NCBI GenBank assembly: GCA_041395745.1
Contig: JAWKZV010000001.1
Coordinates: 305,127-369,126, forward strand
DNA: 64,000 nucleotides
Direction of reading: 5' to 3'
From: Porticoccaceae bacterium
GTDB taxonomy: Bacteria > Pseudomonadota > Gammaproteobacteria > Pseudomonadales > Porticoccaceae
Shown: positions 41,351-50,988 of the stretch, in pieces
Numbering within the stretch: position 1 is the stretch's first letter
Layout: each line of letters starts with the position of its first letter
Notes under the pieces: generated by a model
The model's database searches: none
The model's input: only the letters and a program-made list of their open reading frames with translations
Told to the model about the DNA's origin: nothing
Position numbers and translations under genes: made by a program

Positions 41351-44008
41351 CTATGCGGCATCGACTTTCAGGGTCTGATTCACCAAATGATTCAGCTCCG
41401 GTATACAGGAGCCGCAATTGGTGCCGCATTTAAGCTTTTCGCCCAGCTGTTTCACCGAGCACGCACCATCCACAATGGCGCTGATAATCTGTTTCTCACC
41501 CACCTCGAAGCAGGAGCAGATCAAGCGCCCCTTATCGCCCTGGGCCATGTCCCGCCCCGCCAGCAGTTGCCACGGGGAGGTTTTGAAATCCTCACAAATC
41601 AGTTTTTTCAACCAGTCGGGAGAGGGCAGTGCCTGCTGATCCCTGTGGCTGAAGACGGCGAGCTGTACGCGTTGTCCCTGGTAACAGAGGAAACGCTCGT
41701 CGCCGTATTGTTCGTCCGCATAGTGGGCACAGCCGGTGAAATTGCCGTGACAGCCACGGATGTAGTTGGCCCAGTCAAAGTTTTTTTGCGTGGCCACCCT
41801 GTAACAGTAGCCGTTGCCATCGCCGACGGGGGCCATATCCCAATAAATAAATTCGTCGCAGTTAAGGGGCTGGTTGCTGATGATGGCTGCCCAGAGCGGG
41901 GTTTCCACCTTGCGCAGGCTGGCCGGACTGAACTTGAATTCCGGCTGGCCGGAATGCGGGTCTGTCAGCGGTGCTATAAGTGCACCGACACGGGCTTTGC
42001 TGGCAAACTGATCGTTCCAGTGGATGGGTACAAACAACTGATTGGTGCCCATGCCTTCATCGGTTTTGACCTGTACCTGGACGGAGCCATGGCGTGTGCT
42101 GACTTCGGCCAGATCGCCATCCGCCAGCTCACAGCCTGCTGCTGTATCGGGATGGACCAGCACGAAGGGTGCATCGATATGGTTGAGCAGGCGATCGGAG
42201 CGCGCTGTGCGGGTCATGGTGTGCCACTGATCCCGCACCCGTCCGCTATTGAGAGCAAAGGGATATTCCCGTGACAGGTGTTGTGCCGGTCCCCTGGGTT
42301 GGACGGCGATGAAACGCGCCTTGCCTGAGGGTGTCACGAAGCGCCCATCGGCAAACAACCGAGCTGTGCCCTCGGGATTGGCGGCATTGACCGGCCATTG
42401 CACGGGTTTCAATTCATCGTATTGCTGCCGGGTCAGGGTGCTCAACGCACTGATATCGAAGGCCCGGTTGCCCTCGTTGCGGAAGCCGCTGAGCGCTGCG
42501 TGCTCAATAAATAAATCTCGTGGATGTTCGTAAGGGAAGGCGTCGCCATAGCCCAGTCTGTGGGCAACCTGAGTCATTATCCACCAGTCGTGCTGGGCTT
42601 CGCCGGGTGGTGTCACCATGGCCCATTGACGGGAAATACGCCGTTCCGAATTGGTCACGGTGCCGCATTTTTCACCCCAGCCGGTGGCGGGTAGAAGGAT
42701 GTTGGCTGTGGCGGTGGTGTCGGTGTGGGCAATACAGTCCGAAACAATGACGGTTTCGCAGGCTTCCAGCGCCGCTTTTACCTTGTCGGCATTGGGCAGG
42801 CTGACAACGGGGTTGGTGCCCATGATCCAGATGAGTTTGATTTTGCCCTCCGCCAGGGCATCAAACATATCGACGGCCTTCAGGCCCGCCCGCTGGCTGA
42901 GATGATCCGTACCCCAGAACTCGGCCACAGTCTGTAAATCTTCGGGTTTGTAATCCATGTGGGCGGCGAGCTGATTGGCCAGTCCACCTACTTCACGTCC
43001 ACCCATGGCATTGGGCTGTCCGGTGATGGAGAAGGGACCCGCGCCGACTTTCCCGACCCGGCCTGTGGCCAGGTGACAGTTGATAATGGCATTGCCCTTA
43101 TCGGTACCGGAGGAGGACTGGTTGATGCCCTGGGAATAGAAGGTGACGGTTTTTTCCGTGTTGCCGAACCACTGGTAGAACGTCGTCAGGGTTTCCTGAT
43201 CAAGACCGACCTGGGTGGCAATTTCCGCAAGGGAATATTGGTTTGCGACGTTCAGTGCTTCCCCAAAGCCTTCTGTGAATGCCTCAATGTAGCTGCTGTT
43301 GGTATGTCCGTTCTGATGTAGCCAGGACAGTAGCCCCATATACAGAAAACTGTCGGACCCTGGCAGGATCGGTAGGTGCAGGTCGGCCAGATCACAGGTG
43401 GCCGTGCGACGTGGATCGATCACCACAACCCGCATGGTGGGGTTTTTCGCCTTGGCTGAAACCATGCGGCGGTAAAGCACCGGGTGGGTCCAGGCGGCGT
43501 TTGAGCCGACCATCACCAGCAGATCGCAGCTTTCCAGGTCCTCGTAGCTACAGGGAACGGCGTCGCCGCCAAAGGCGCGCTTGTAGCTGGCCACGGCAGA
43601 GGACATGCAGAGGCGTGAATTGGTATCCACGTTGCTGGTGCCGATGAAGCCCTTGGCCAGTTTGTTGGCGACGTAATAGTCTTCAGTGAGCAACTGACCG
43701 GACAGGTAGAAGGCGATGGCATCGGGGCCATGGGCTTCCCGTACAGCGGATATTTTTTGCGCCAGAGTGTCGATGGCGGTGGACCAGTCGACTCTCTGTC
43801 CATTGATGGAGGGATACAGAAGACGGTCGTGATTGCCCATGGTTTCGTGGAGCGCTGAACCTTTTACGCACAGGCTGCCGAGATTGGCCGGGTGTGATTT
43901 GCCACCGGAGACGGCGATGATCCGGTCATCTTTCACTTTGGCTGACACCCCACAGCCGACCCCACAATAGGGGCAGGTGGTGTCGATTCTGACTGGTTGC
44001 TCGGTCAT
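41351..44008 (-). CDS. nasA: Assimilatory nitrate reductase catalytic subunit
   Basis: N-terminal TTCPYCGVGCG...LCVKG [4Fe-4S], GQLLTEDYY, NSRLCMSSA, TGQPNAMGGRE, GRVRDQWHTMTRT, C-terminal BFD-like ICSC...CGTNCGSC. ATG 44008 preferred. Confidence 0.95.
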   Translation of the reverse strand: MTEQPVRIDTTCPYCGVGCGVSAKVKDDRIIAVSGGKSHPANLGSLCVKGSALHETMGNHDRLLYPSINGQRVDWSTAIDTLAQKISAVREAHGPDAIAFYLSGQLLTEDYYVANKLAKGFIGTSNVDTNSRLCMSSAVASYKRAFGGDAVPCSYEDLESCDLLVMVGSNAAWTHPVLYRRMVSAKAKNPTMRVVVIDPRRTATCDLADLHLPILPGSDSFLYMGLLSWLHQNGHTNSSYIEAFTEGFGEALNVANQYSLAEIATQVGLDQETLTTFYQWFGNTEKTVTFYSQGINQSSSGTDKGNAIINCHLATGRVGKVGAGPFSITGQPNAMGGREVGGLANQLAAHMDYKPEDLQTVAEFWGTDHLSQRAGLKAVDMFDALAEGKIKLIWIMGTNPVVSLPNADKVKAALEACETVIVSDCIAHTDTTATANILLPATGWGEKCGTVTNSERRISRQWAMVTPPGEAQHDWWIMTQVAHRLGYGDAFPYEHPRDLFIEHAALSGFRNEGNRAFDISALSTLTRQQYDELKPVQWPVNAANPEGTARLFADGRFVTPSGKARFIAVQPRGPAQHLSREYPFALNSGRVRDQWHTMTRTARSDRLLNHIDAPFVLVHPDTAAGCELADGDLAEVSTRHGSVQVQVKTDEGMGTNQLFVPIHWNDQFASKARVGALIAPLTDPHSGQPEFKFSPASLRKVETPLWAAIISNQPLNCDEFIYWDMAPVGDGNGYCYRVATQKNFDWANYIRGCHGNFTGCAHYADEQYGDERFLCYQGQRVQLAVFSHRDQQALPSPDWLKKLICEDFKTSPWQLLAGRDMAQGDKGRLICSCFEVGEKQIISAIVDGACSVKQLGEKLKCGTNCGSCIPELNHLVNQTLKVDAA

Positions 44009-44049
44009 CGCGTTCCGTCGATCAATTACCGTTGATACTGAAAAAGGTT

Positions 44050-45243
44050 TCACGCCGGAGCGCCAAACATGATCTGTTGTTCGTTTGTTCCCAGCGGCTG
44101 TCCCGAACTGATCAGGTTTTCGTACTGGCTGCACAGGCTTTTGTCGCCAAACAACAAGGCTGCCTGCAGCCGGTTATCCCGGATCACCAGACGGCGGTAG
44201 ATACCGGCCACCGGGTCGTTGAGCACGATATCGCGGCAGTGCTCATCGGTATTCATATTTCCCGCTGAAAATACATCTATTCCGGAAACCTTGAGCTGGG
44301 TGGAGTATTCCCTGGGGCGATAAGTGGCGGGTCGCCCCAGCAGGGTACTTGTCAGCACGCTGGCCTGGTCCCAGATAGGGGCGACAATGCCGACGGTGAC
44401 GCCATTGTGCTCGGCACATTCGCCCAGTGCATAAATTCCGGGGTGTGAGGTGCGCATCTGGTCGTCCACCACAATGCCCTTGCCAATTTCCAGCCCGGAA
44501 CGGGCGAACAGTTCGACATTGGGGGTAATCCCGGTGGCGAATACCACCAGTTCGCCAGCGAGATGCCGGCCATCCTCAAGTTGTAATCCGGTGGCCTGCG
44601 CTGTGCCGGTCACGGCGGCAGTCCTGGCGTTGGTGACAATATGAATGCCGCGGCCCTCAAGACTTTCCTTGAGCATTTCCGCCGCACGCTGATCCAGCTG
44701 CCGGTTCATCAGGGCGGTGCTGTTGTGTACGACAGTGACATCCAATCCCAGCTTGTTGAGTCCGTAGGCTGCTTCCAGACCCAGTAGACCCCCGCCAACC
44801 ACAAGGGCTTGTGCACCCTGTTCGGCGAAGCTCTTCATGATGGCGATATCGTCCAGGGTGCGAAATGCCATCACCCCCGGCAGGTTGTTGCCGGGAATTC
44901 TTGGAATGAAAGGACGTGAGCCTGTGGCGATGACAACATGGTCAAAAAACTGTTGCCTGCCGGTGGCAGTGGTCAGACTGCGGATGTGGCTGTCGAAACA
45001 AACCACTGGGTCTCCGCTGCGCAGGCAGATATTGTGGGTGCGATACCATTCTTCTGTCAGCAGGGGTAATCCCTCGACCGTTTTCTCGCCGGCCAGAACG
45101 GTGGATAGCTGAATGCGGTTATAGGGATTGATGCGCTCCTCGCCGAACATGGTGATTTCCCCGCTATAGCCCTCGGCTATTAGGGATTCCACCAGTCTGG
45201 CCCCGGCCATGCCGGTGCCGATAATGGCGAGGGAGCCGCTCAC
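44050..45243 (-). CDS. nasC: FAD/NADH oxidoreductase, NasC-type diaphorase subunit (homologous to the NirB N-terminal part only)
   Basis: IIGTGMAG, YNRIQLS, ATGS, VVGGGLLGLE, IYALGECAEH, TQLKVSGIDVFSAG; no siroheme or Fe-S Cys motifs. Confidence 0.75.
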   Translation of the reverse strand: MSGSLAIIGTGMAGARLVESLIAEGYSGEITMFGEERINPYNRIQLSTVLAGEKTVEGLPLLTEEWYRTHNICLRSGDPVVCFDSHIRSLTTATGRQQFFDHVVIATGSRPFIPRIPGNNLPGVMAFRTLDDIAIMKSFAEQGAQALVVGGGLLGLEAAYGLNKLGLDVTVVHNSTALMNRQLDQRAAEMLKESLEGRGIHIVTNARTAAVTGTAQATGLQLEDGRHLAGELVVFATGITPNVELFARSGLEIGKGIVVDDQMRTSHPGIYALGECAEHNGVTVGIVAPIWDQASVLTSTLLGRPATYRPREYSTQLKVSGIDVFSAGNMNTDEHCRDIVLNDPVAGIYRRLVIRDNRLQAALLFGDKSLCSQYENLISSGQPLGTNEQQIMFGAPA

Positions 45244-45246
45244 GGG

Positions 45247-46167
45247 TCAGGCCGCCTCGGAGTTGCCAGCGACCGTTTCCATGGCGGTGGGAATCGGCGC
45301 TTCAGGCTCCTTTGCCAGGGTGGTTGCCTCTTGCTCAGATTGCTCTGCAACAGTCTCAGTCGCGGTCTTTTCAGTGGCAGCAGGGTTTTTCTGTTTCTCA
45401 TAGAGGAAACGCAAGACTTGCTGACGGTAGTGAATGAAGTCAGGGTCTTCGGCCAGGGCCAGACGATCACGGGGGCGCGGCAGTTTCACTTCGAGAATCT
45501 CGCCGACGGTGGCGGCGGGGCCATTGGTCATCATCACGATGCGGTCGGAGAGCAGTACAGCTTCGTCCACGTCGTGTGTAATCATGATCACGGTGTTGCC
45601 CAGCTGTGCCTGAATTTCCATCAGGGAGTCCTGCAGATGGGCGCGGGTGAGGGCATCGAGAGCGCCGAAGGGCTCATCCATCAGCAGCACCTTGGGCTGC
45701 ATTGCCAGGCAGCGGGCAATACCGACGCGCTGCTTCATGCCGCCGGAGATCTCCCCCGGCAGTTTGTGCATGGCGTGCTCCATGTGCACCAGTTTTAGGT
45801 TGTGCTCAACCCAGTCGTGGATTTCCGCCTTGGTCTTGGTTTTCTTGAATACCCGTTTTACCGCCAATTCCACATTCTGGTAAACGGTGAGCCAGGGCAG
45901 CAGGGCGTGGTTCTGGAATACCACGGCGCGGTCGGGACCGGGTTTGTCCACTTCCTTGCCTTCCAGGATGACACCGCCCTCGGTGGCCTCGTAAAGACCG
46001 GCCACGATGTTAAGCACCGTGGATTTGCCACAGCCGGAGTGGCCGATCAGTGAGATAAACTCGCCCTGTTCGATGAAGATGTCGACATTTTGTAGGGCGC
46101 GGAAGGGCTTGTCGTCGGTGGCGAACTCGATGCCCACATGGCTGATTTCCAGATAGCTGCTTTTCAT
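45247..46167 (-). CDS. Nitrate ABC transporter ATPase (NrtC/NrtD, NasD type)
   Basis: [48 protein letters not shown]; low-complexity Ala/Glu/Thr tail. Confidence 0.92.
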   Translation of the reverse strand: MKSSYLEISHVGIEFATDDKPFRALQNVDIFIEQGEFISLIGHSGCGKSTVLNIVAGLYEATEGGVILEGKEVDKPGPDRAVVFQNHALLPWLTVYQNVELAVKRVFKKTKTKAEIHDWVEHNLKLVHMEHAMHKLPGEISGGMKQRVGIARCLAMQPKVLLMDEPFGALDALTRAHLQDSLMEIQAQLGNTVIMITHDVDEAVLLSDRIVMMTNGPAATVGEILEVKLPRPRDRLALAEDPDFIHYRQQVLRFLYEKQKNPAATEKTATETVAEQSEQEATTLAKEPEAPIPTAMETVAGNSEAA

Positions 46168-46192
46168 AAAGACTCCTTGGGGTGCCCTGTGG

Positions 46193-47194
46193 TTAGCGGA
46201 GGATGGCCTGCTTGTCCCAACTGATGCGCCTCTGAACTGCTAGCATCAGGCGGTCGAGCATGAAACCGATAAGACCTATCACCAGTACTGCGACCATGAT
46301 GCGGCCCAGTGAGTCGGAGGAACCATTCTGGAATTCGTCCCAGATGAATTTGCCGAGGCCGGGGTTCTGGGCCAGCATTTCAGCGGCGATCAACACCATC
46401 CATCCAGTGGCAAGCGAGAGCCGCAGACCGGTGAAGATCATCGGGATGGCCGAGGGAATGACGATGGTGCGCACATGCACCAGCGGTGGTAGTTGCAGTA
46501 CCCGGCTGACGTTGACCAGGTCGCGGTCGATGCTGGTGACGCCCACGGTGGTATTGATCACGGTGGGCCACAGGCAACACAGGGTCACGGTAAAGGCCGA
46601 GGTCAGGAATGCTTTCTCGAACATCGGATCTTCGCTGACGTACAGGGCGGAGACCACCATGGTCACCAGTGGCAACCAGGCCAGCGGGGAGACCGGTTTG
46701 AAGGTCTGGATGATCGGGTTGACAGACTGATAGACCTTGTCGCTCAGGCCGCAGGCGATGCCCAGCGGAATGGCGATAATGGAGGCCACCAGAAAGCCGA
46801 AGGAAACGGTGTAGAGGCTGGTGAGGATCTGGTCGAAGAAGGTCGCCTTGCCGGTATAGGGGCGGATCTTCACTTCAGCATTGGGGTCCTTGGCCAGCTT
46901 TTTGGCGTTGCGCTCTTCCTGGCGCTGGTAAAAGGCGGCTTCTTTTTCCCGTTCCTGCTGGTGCTCTGCAACCAGGTTTTTGGATTGTTCCCAGACCTGT
47001 ACTGGTCCCGGAAACTGACCCAGGGAAGTAATGATGTTGTTGGCCACGCCTTGCCACAGCATCAGGAAGATTGCTATGCCCGCCAGAGGCAGGGTGATGG
47101 CTTTGCCGATATGGCGCAGCAACATGAACAACTGTGAGAGGGAAAAGGAGAAGTTTCCCTGTTCATTTTTGAAGATAGCCGCAATTTCAGTCAT
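46193..47194 (-). CDS. nrtB: Nitrate ABC transporter permease
   Basis: FPGPVQVW, IQTFKPVSPLAWLP, WPTVINTTVGV, FTGLRLS, WMVLIAAEML, GLGKFIWDEF. Confidence 0.93.
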   Translation of the reverse strand: MTEIAAIFKNEQGNFSFSLSQLFMLLRHIGKAITLPLAGIAIFLMLWQGVANNIITSLGQFPGPVQVWEQSKNLVAEHQQEREKEAAFYQRQEERNAKKLAKDPNAEVKIRPYTGKATFFDQILTSLYTVSFGFLVASIIAIPLGIACGLSDKVYQSVNPIIQTFKPVSPLAWLPLVTMVVSALYVSEDPMFEKAFLTSAFTVTLCCLWPTVINTTVGVTSIDRDLVNVSRVLQLPPLVHVRTIVIPSAIPMIFTGLRLSLATGWMVLIAAEMLAQNPGLGKFIWDEFQNGSSDSLGRIMVAVLVIGLIGFMLDRLMLAVQRRISWDKQAILR

Positions 47195-47287
47195 GACATC
47201 TGTCCTGAAGGTTGTGGTCCGGCAGGAGCAGGGTGCCCCTGCCGGAGTTGGTTGGCCTTGCAGAAAGGATCTGCAACATTCAGGCCA

Positions 47288-48676
47288 TTACAGAGTTTCG
47301 TCTTTCAAACCGATGGTGAGCTTTTCCAGGTAAGCATTGGGCTGCTTGCCGTCGTAGGTCACGCCGTCGATGAACTCGGTTTGCGGGGCGCGGAAACCGC
47401 TCTCGGAGTCGAAATCCGGGAAATCTGAGGCTTCCATCACACCGTCCGCGATCAGCTCCTTGGCAGCAGTGGCGTAGATATCCGGGCGATAAACTTTCTT
47501 CGCCATGTCAAAGTACCAGTCGTCGGATTTCTTCTCGGAGATCTGGCCCCAGCGGCGCATCTGGGTCAGGTACCAGACTGCATCGGAGTAGTAGGGGTAG
47601 GTAGCGTTGTAGCGGAAGAATACGTTGAAGTCCGGCACTTCGCGCTTGTCACCTTTCTCGTACTCAAAGGTGCCGGTCATGCTGTTGGCGATGACTTTTT
47701 CATCTGCGCCCACGTATTCCGGGCGGGAGAGGATTTTCACCGCTTCGCCACGGTTGGCGTTGTTGTTTTCGTCCAGCCATTTGGCCGCACGCAACAGGGC
47801 CTTGACCACGCGGATAGTGGTGTTGGGGTACTTTTCGGTGAACTCCTTGGTCATACCGAAGACTTTTTCCGGGTTGTTTTTCCAGATTTCGTAGTCGGTG
47901 ATGACCGGCACGCCGATGCCCTTGAATACTGCCTGCTGGTTCCAGGGCTCACCTACGCAGTAGCCGTAGATGGTGCCGGCTTCCAGGGTGGCGGGCATTT
48001 GTGGTGGCGGAGTGACGGACAGCAAGGCTTCGGCATTGATCAGGCCGCTGGTGTCACCTTTGTGAGGCGCGTAGTAGCCGGGGTGAATACCACCCGCTGC
48101 CAGCCAGTAGCGCAGCTCGTAGTTATGGGTGGAAACCGGGAACACCATGCCCATTTTGAAGGGCTTGCCCTCGGCGCGGAATTTTTCCACCACCGGTTTC
48201 AGGGCGTCAGCCTTGATGGGGTGAACCGGCTTGCCGTTTTCCATCGGCACATGTTCTTTCATCAGTTCCCAGATTTCGTTGGAAACGGTGATGCCGTTAC
48301 CGTTCAGGTCCATGCTGAAGGGCGTAACGATATGGGCTTCTGTACCGAAGCCGATGGTAGCAGCCAGTGGCTGGCCCGCCAGCATGTGGGCGCCGTCCAG
48401 TTTGCCGTCGATCACGCCATCCAGAAGCACCTTCCAGTTGGCCTGGGCTTCCACGGTGACGTACAGCCCTTCGTCTTCGAAGTAGCCTTTTTCATAGGCA
48501 ATGGCGATGGGCGCCATGTCGGTCAGCTTGATGAAGCCGAACTTCAGTTCATCTTTTTCAGGCTCTCCAAGCTCGGCCTGGGCGAAAGTCGCTAGGGCCA
48601 AGCCACAGGCGGCTAGTAGACCTTTAAACAGGGACGATGTTTTGAATGTTTTTGGATATCGCTGAGCGGTATTCAT
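47288..48676 (-). CDS. nrtA: Nitrate ABC transporter periplasmic binding protein (NrtA/CmpA family)
   Basis: Sec signal, [68 protein letters not shown]. Confidence 0.93.
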   Translation of the reverse strand: MNTAQRYPKTFKTSSLFKGLLAACGLALATFAQAELGEPEKDELKFGFIKLTDMAPIAIAYEKGYFEDEGLYVTVEAQANWKVLLDGVIDGKLDGAHMLAGQPLAATIGFGTEAHIVTPFSMDLNGNGITVSNEIWELMKEHVPMENGKPVHPIKADALKPVVEKFRAEGKPFKMGMVFPVSTHNYELRYWLAAGGIHPGYYAPHKGDTSGLINAEALLSVTPPPQMPATLEAGTIYGYCVGEPWNQQAVFKGIGVPVITDYEIWKNNPEKVFGMTKEFTEKYPNTTIRVVKALLRAAKWLDENNNANRGEAVKILSRPEYVGADEKVIANSMTGTFEYEKGDKREVPDFNVFFRYNATYPYYSDAVWYLTQMRRWGQISEKKSDDWYFDMAKKVYRPDIYATAAKELIADGVMEASDFPDFDSESGFRAPQTEFIDGVTYDGKQPNAYLEKLTIGLKDETL

Positions 48677-48704
48677 TTAACTGATTCCTCTGGTAAACAT
48701 GCAT

Positions 48705-48742
48705 AAAAAAAGCCCACCTACAGGGGGGCTGTAGGTGGGCTT
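48705..48742 (-). terminator. Intrinsic terminator in the nrtA leader (attenuator)
   Basis: Minus strand AAGCCCACCTACAG-CCCCC-CTGTAGGTGGGCTT followed by a T run, about 30 nt before the nrtA ATG. Confidence 0.9.
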
Positions 48743-48783
48743 CATTACCCGTGTATTGGTGGGGTCAATACGACATTGCACTG
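48737..48783 (-). promoter_or_regulatory. ANTAR dual-hairpin RNA element (NasT target)
   Basis: P1 CAGTGC-AATGTC-GTATTG and P2 GGGT-AATGAA-GCCC: hexaloops with A1 and G4; P2 overlaps the 5' arm of the terminator. Confidence 0.8.
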
Positions 48784-48796
48784 TTACCAGAATATA

Positions 48797-48812
48797 TACA
48801 ATTAATGTGCCA
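48797..48812 (-). promoter_or_regulatory. sigma54 promoter of the nrtA operon
   Basis: TGGCAC-ATTAA-TTGTA (-24 perfect; -12 is TTGT instead of TTGC), placing +1 just before P1. Confidence 0.7.
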
Positions 48813-48907
48813 ACCCTTGTTTGGCCGTGAATTGGGGGTAACTGGAGTATATCCGGGGTCAGCTTGTCAGCTGGTGGTGCAGGTTGTCATGCTAAGCCGC
48901 AGAGGCG

Positions 48908-48924
48908 TGCGCCAAAACTGTGCA
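48908..48924. promoter_or_regulatory. NtrC-type upstream activator site
   Basis: TGCGC-CAAAACT-GTGCA versus consensus TGCAC-N7-GTGCA, about 100 bp upstream of the -24; a TGGTGCA half-site ends at 48881. Confidence 0.6.
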
Positions 48925-49048
48925 ACTTAGATGGTAGATGGACCTACCCATTAGGTGGTAATTCGTTGTTCCGCGCGGACACAGAGCCGGGTCGCTGCCC
49001 GGCTGCGGTTTGTCTGTCAGTTTTGTTGGGGTGGTGGTTGGCCCTGCC

Positions 49049-50248
49049 TTAGGGGCACAGCATCAGGTCGCTGCCCAGCTCGATACCTTCACTGAACTGG
49101 TAGGGTTTGTCGTGCAGTCCTTCGCTCTTGTAATCCTTGTCCGGAGCAGGCATTTCCAGCAGCCGTGCGGTTTCGCGGTAAAGGTCGGTGCGGAAGCACT
49201 GCTGGGTGATCGAGGCAATGCGGTTGGCGTCGAACACCTTGCCAAGCAGTGGCTCACACTGATGCAGGATCAGTTCGGCTTGGGAGCGCCAGGGAAAACC
49301 GGCATTGTAGCGGGAAAATACGTGGAAATTCTGTTGTTGACGGGGTGTTTCACCGCGGTCGTGGGCGATATTCCCGGTCATAGACGGACGCAGGTAGGTG
49401 GCCGGCAGGTCGAGGTACTGATGTCGGGAAAGGATTTCAATGGTGTCGTCGCGGTTTTCCATGTTGGCGAGCCACTGACAGGCTTCCATCAACGCCAGGC
49501 GTAACCGCAGATGGGTGGCGGGGTGGCAGGTGTGCCACCCTTCGAGTACGCCGAGCACCTTTTCCGGGGCGTTGTTCCAGACCTGGAAGCCGGTAGCGGC
49601 CAGGATGCCCACGCCGTAGGCAACGGCAATACTGTTCCAGGGTTCGCCGACACAAAAGCCATCAATGACGCCCTGGGCCAGGCTGTCGACCATTTGTTCC
49701 GGGGGCAGCACGATAATGCGGACATCGTGGTCCGGGTCTATACCTCCGGCCTTGAGCCACATTCTCAGTAGCAGGGTGTGCGTGGAGAATAGGTGTACCG
49801 TGGCCAGAGTCATCACCTGGTTGCGGCCTTTTTCCCGGAGTGCTGCCGCAAAGGCATTGGCTGTAGCCAGTGGGTTACGGGATTGCAGCGAATTTCCCGC
49901 TAGTTCGGTCATTCGCTCCCAAAGCGGTGGCGCCAGGGTGATGCCGTTACCATTCAGGGACAGCACCAGTCCGGTGATGATGGGTGCGCGAATGCCGGTG
50001 GCGCCGAGAGTAATGACCAGCGGCATGGGTGCCAGCATCTGTGCGGCATCAAAACTGCGGGCGATCAGCTTGTCGCGGATATTGGCCCACGACACTTCCC
50101 GATGCAGGGTGACATCCAGCCCGTATTTGGCATACATGCCCAGCTCCTGGGCGACGATCAGCGGTGCGCTGTCGCTCAGGCGCATGTAGCCGATGTTCAG
50201 ATGCTGTTTCTCTGCGCAGGGAAGATTCTTGGGGTTAATGCTGTTCAT
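49049..50248 (-). CDS. nasS: Cytoplasmic nitrate/nitrite sensor
   Basis: NrtA-like (IGYMRLSDSAPL, GFCVGEPWNS, NNAPEKV) but no signal peptide; TAATG overlap with nasT. Confidence 0.85.
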   Translation of the reverse strand: MNSINPKNLPCAEKQHLNIGYMRLSDSAPLIVAQELGMYAKYGLDVTLHREVSWANIRDKLIARSFDAAQMLAPMPLVITLGATGIRAPIITGLVLSLNGNGITLAPPLWERMTELAGNSLQSRNPLATANAFAAALREKGRNQVMTLATVHLFSTHTLLLRMWLKAGGIDPDHDVRIIVLPPEQMVDSLAQGVIDGFCVGEPWNSIAVAYGVGILAATGFQVWNNAPEKVLGVLEGWHTCHPATHLRLRLALMEACQWLANMENRDDTIEILSRHQYLDLPATYLRPSMTGNIAHDRGETPRQQQNFHVFSRYNAGFPWRSQAELILHQCEPLLGKVFDANRIASITQQCFRTDLYRETARLLEMPAPDKDYKSEGLHDKPYQFSEGIELGSDLMLCP

Positions 50249-50856
50249 TATTCTTTACCACCGCCACTGGTTTTTCCCAGTATCTTGATGACGGAGCGCG
50301 CCGCTTCCGGGAGAGTCTGGTTGGTGTCCATGGACAGAGTTCGCAAGGTCTTGTGGGCCTTGTCCTCACTGATGCCATGTTGTGCCATCAGCAGGTGCTT
50401 GGCCTCTTCAATCACTGAGTGACTGGCCAGTTTTGTCCGCGCATCGTCCAGCGCCTGGCGCAGGGACTGGTAGGATTTGAACTGGGCGATGGCCAGATCG
50501 ATGACCGGTTTGACCCGCTGGGGGTTGAGCTCTTCCATCATGTAGGCAGTAACGCCTGCATCCACGGCCTGCTCGATAAAGTCCGGATCGTCTTCGTCGG
50601 AAAACATCACCACCGGTTTGGGATTGTAGCTGTTGACCACGGAAAGGCTTTCGAGCACGTCCCGCCCGGGAGATTGCAGGTCAATCAGAACCAGGTCCGG
50701 TTGCAGTTGTTCGATCTGGAACAACAGTCCGGAGGCAGTGGGCAGCCGGCAGATGACTTCAAAACCGGAGGCCATCAGCTTTTCTTCGACACTGGCAGCC
50801 CGCTCGGGATGGTCGTCCACCAGCATGATGCGAATTGGATCTTTGCCGGAAGCCAT
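50248..50856 (-). CDS. nasT: ANTAR-domain antiterminator with receiver-like domain
   Basis: IMLVDD, DLVLID, AGVTAY, C-terminal IEEAKHLLMAQHGISEDKAHKTLRTLSM ANTAR. ATG 50856 preferred. Confidence 0.9.
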   Translation of the reverse strand: MASGKDPIRIMLVDDHPERAASVEEKLMASGFEVICRLPTASGLLFQIEQLQPDLVLIDLQSPGRDVLESLSVVNSYNPKPVVMFSDEDDPDFIEQAVDAGVTAYMMEELNPQRVKPVIDLAIAQFKSYQSLRQALDDARTKLASHSVIEEAKHLLMAQHGISEDKAHKTLRTLSMDTNQTLPEAARSVIKILGKTSGGGKE

Positions 50857-50988
50857 GATTAGTGGTTCCAGCTCGAAAGGTAATTGGGCATGAAAAATGT
50901 TGCTGTCAGGAAATAACCCAGGGCCGTTTATGATACTCCGACCCCGGGTCATGCTCCAGCTCAACATGCTGATCAGCTGGATGTCCGA

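Noticed and set aside
44050-45243. Calling this gene nirB (nitrite reductase)
   Set aside because: Only 397 aa; lacks the BFD [2Fe-2S] and siroheme/[4Fe-4S] Cys motifs.
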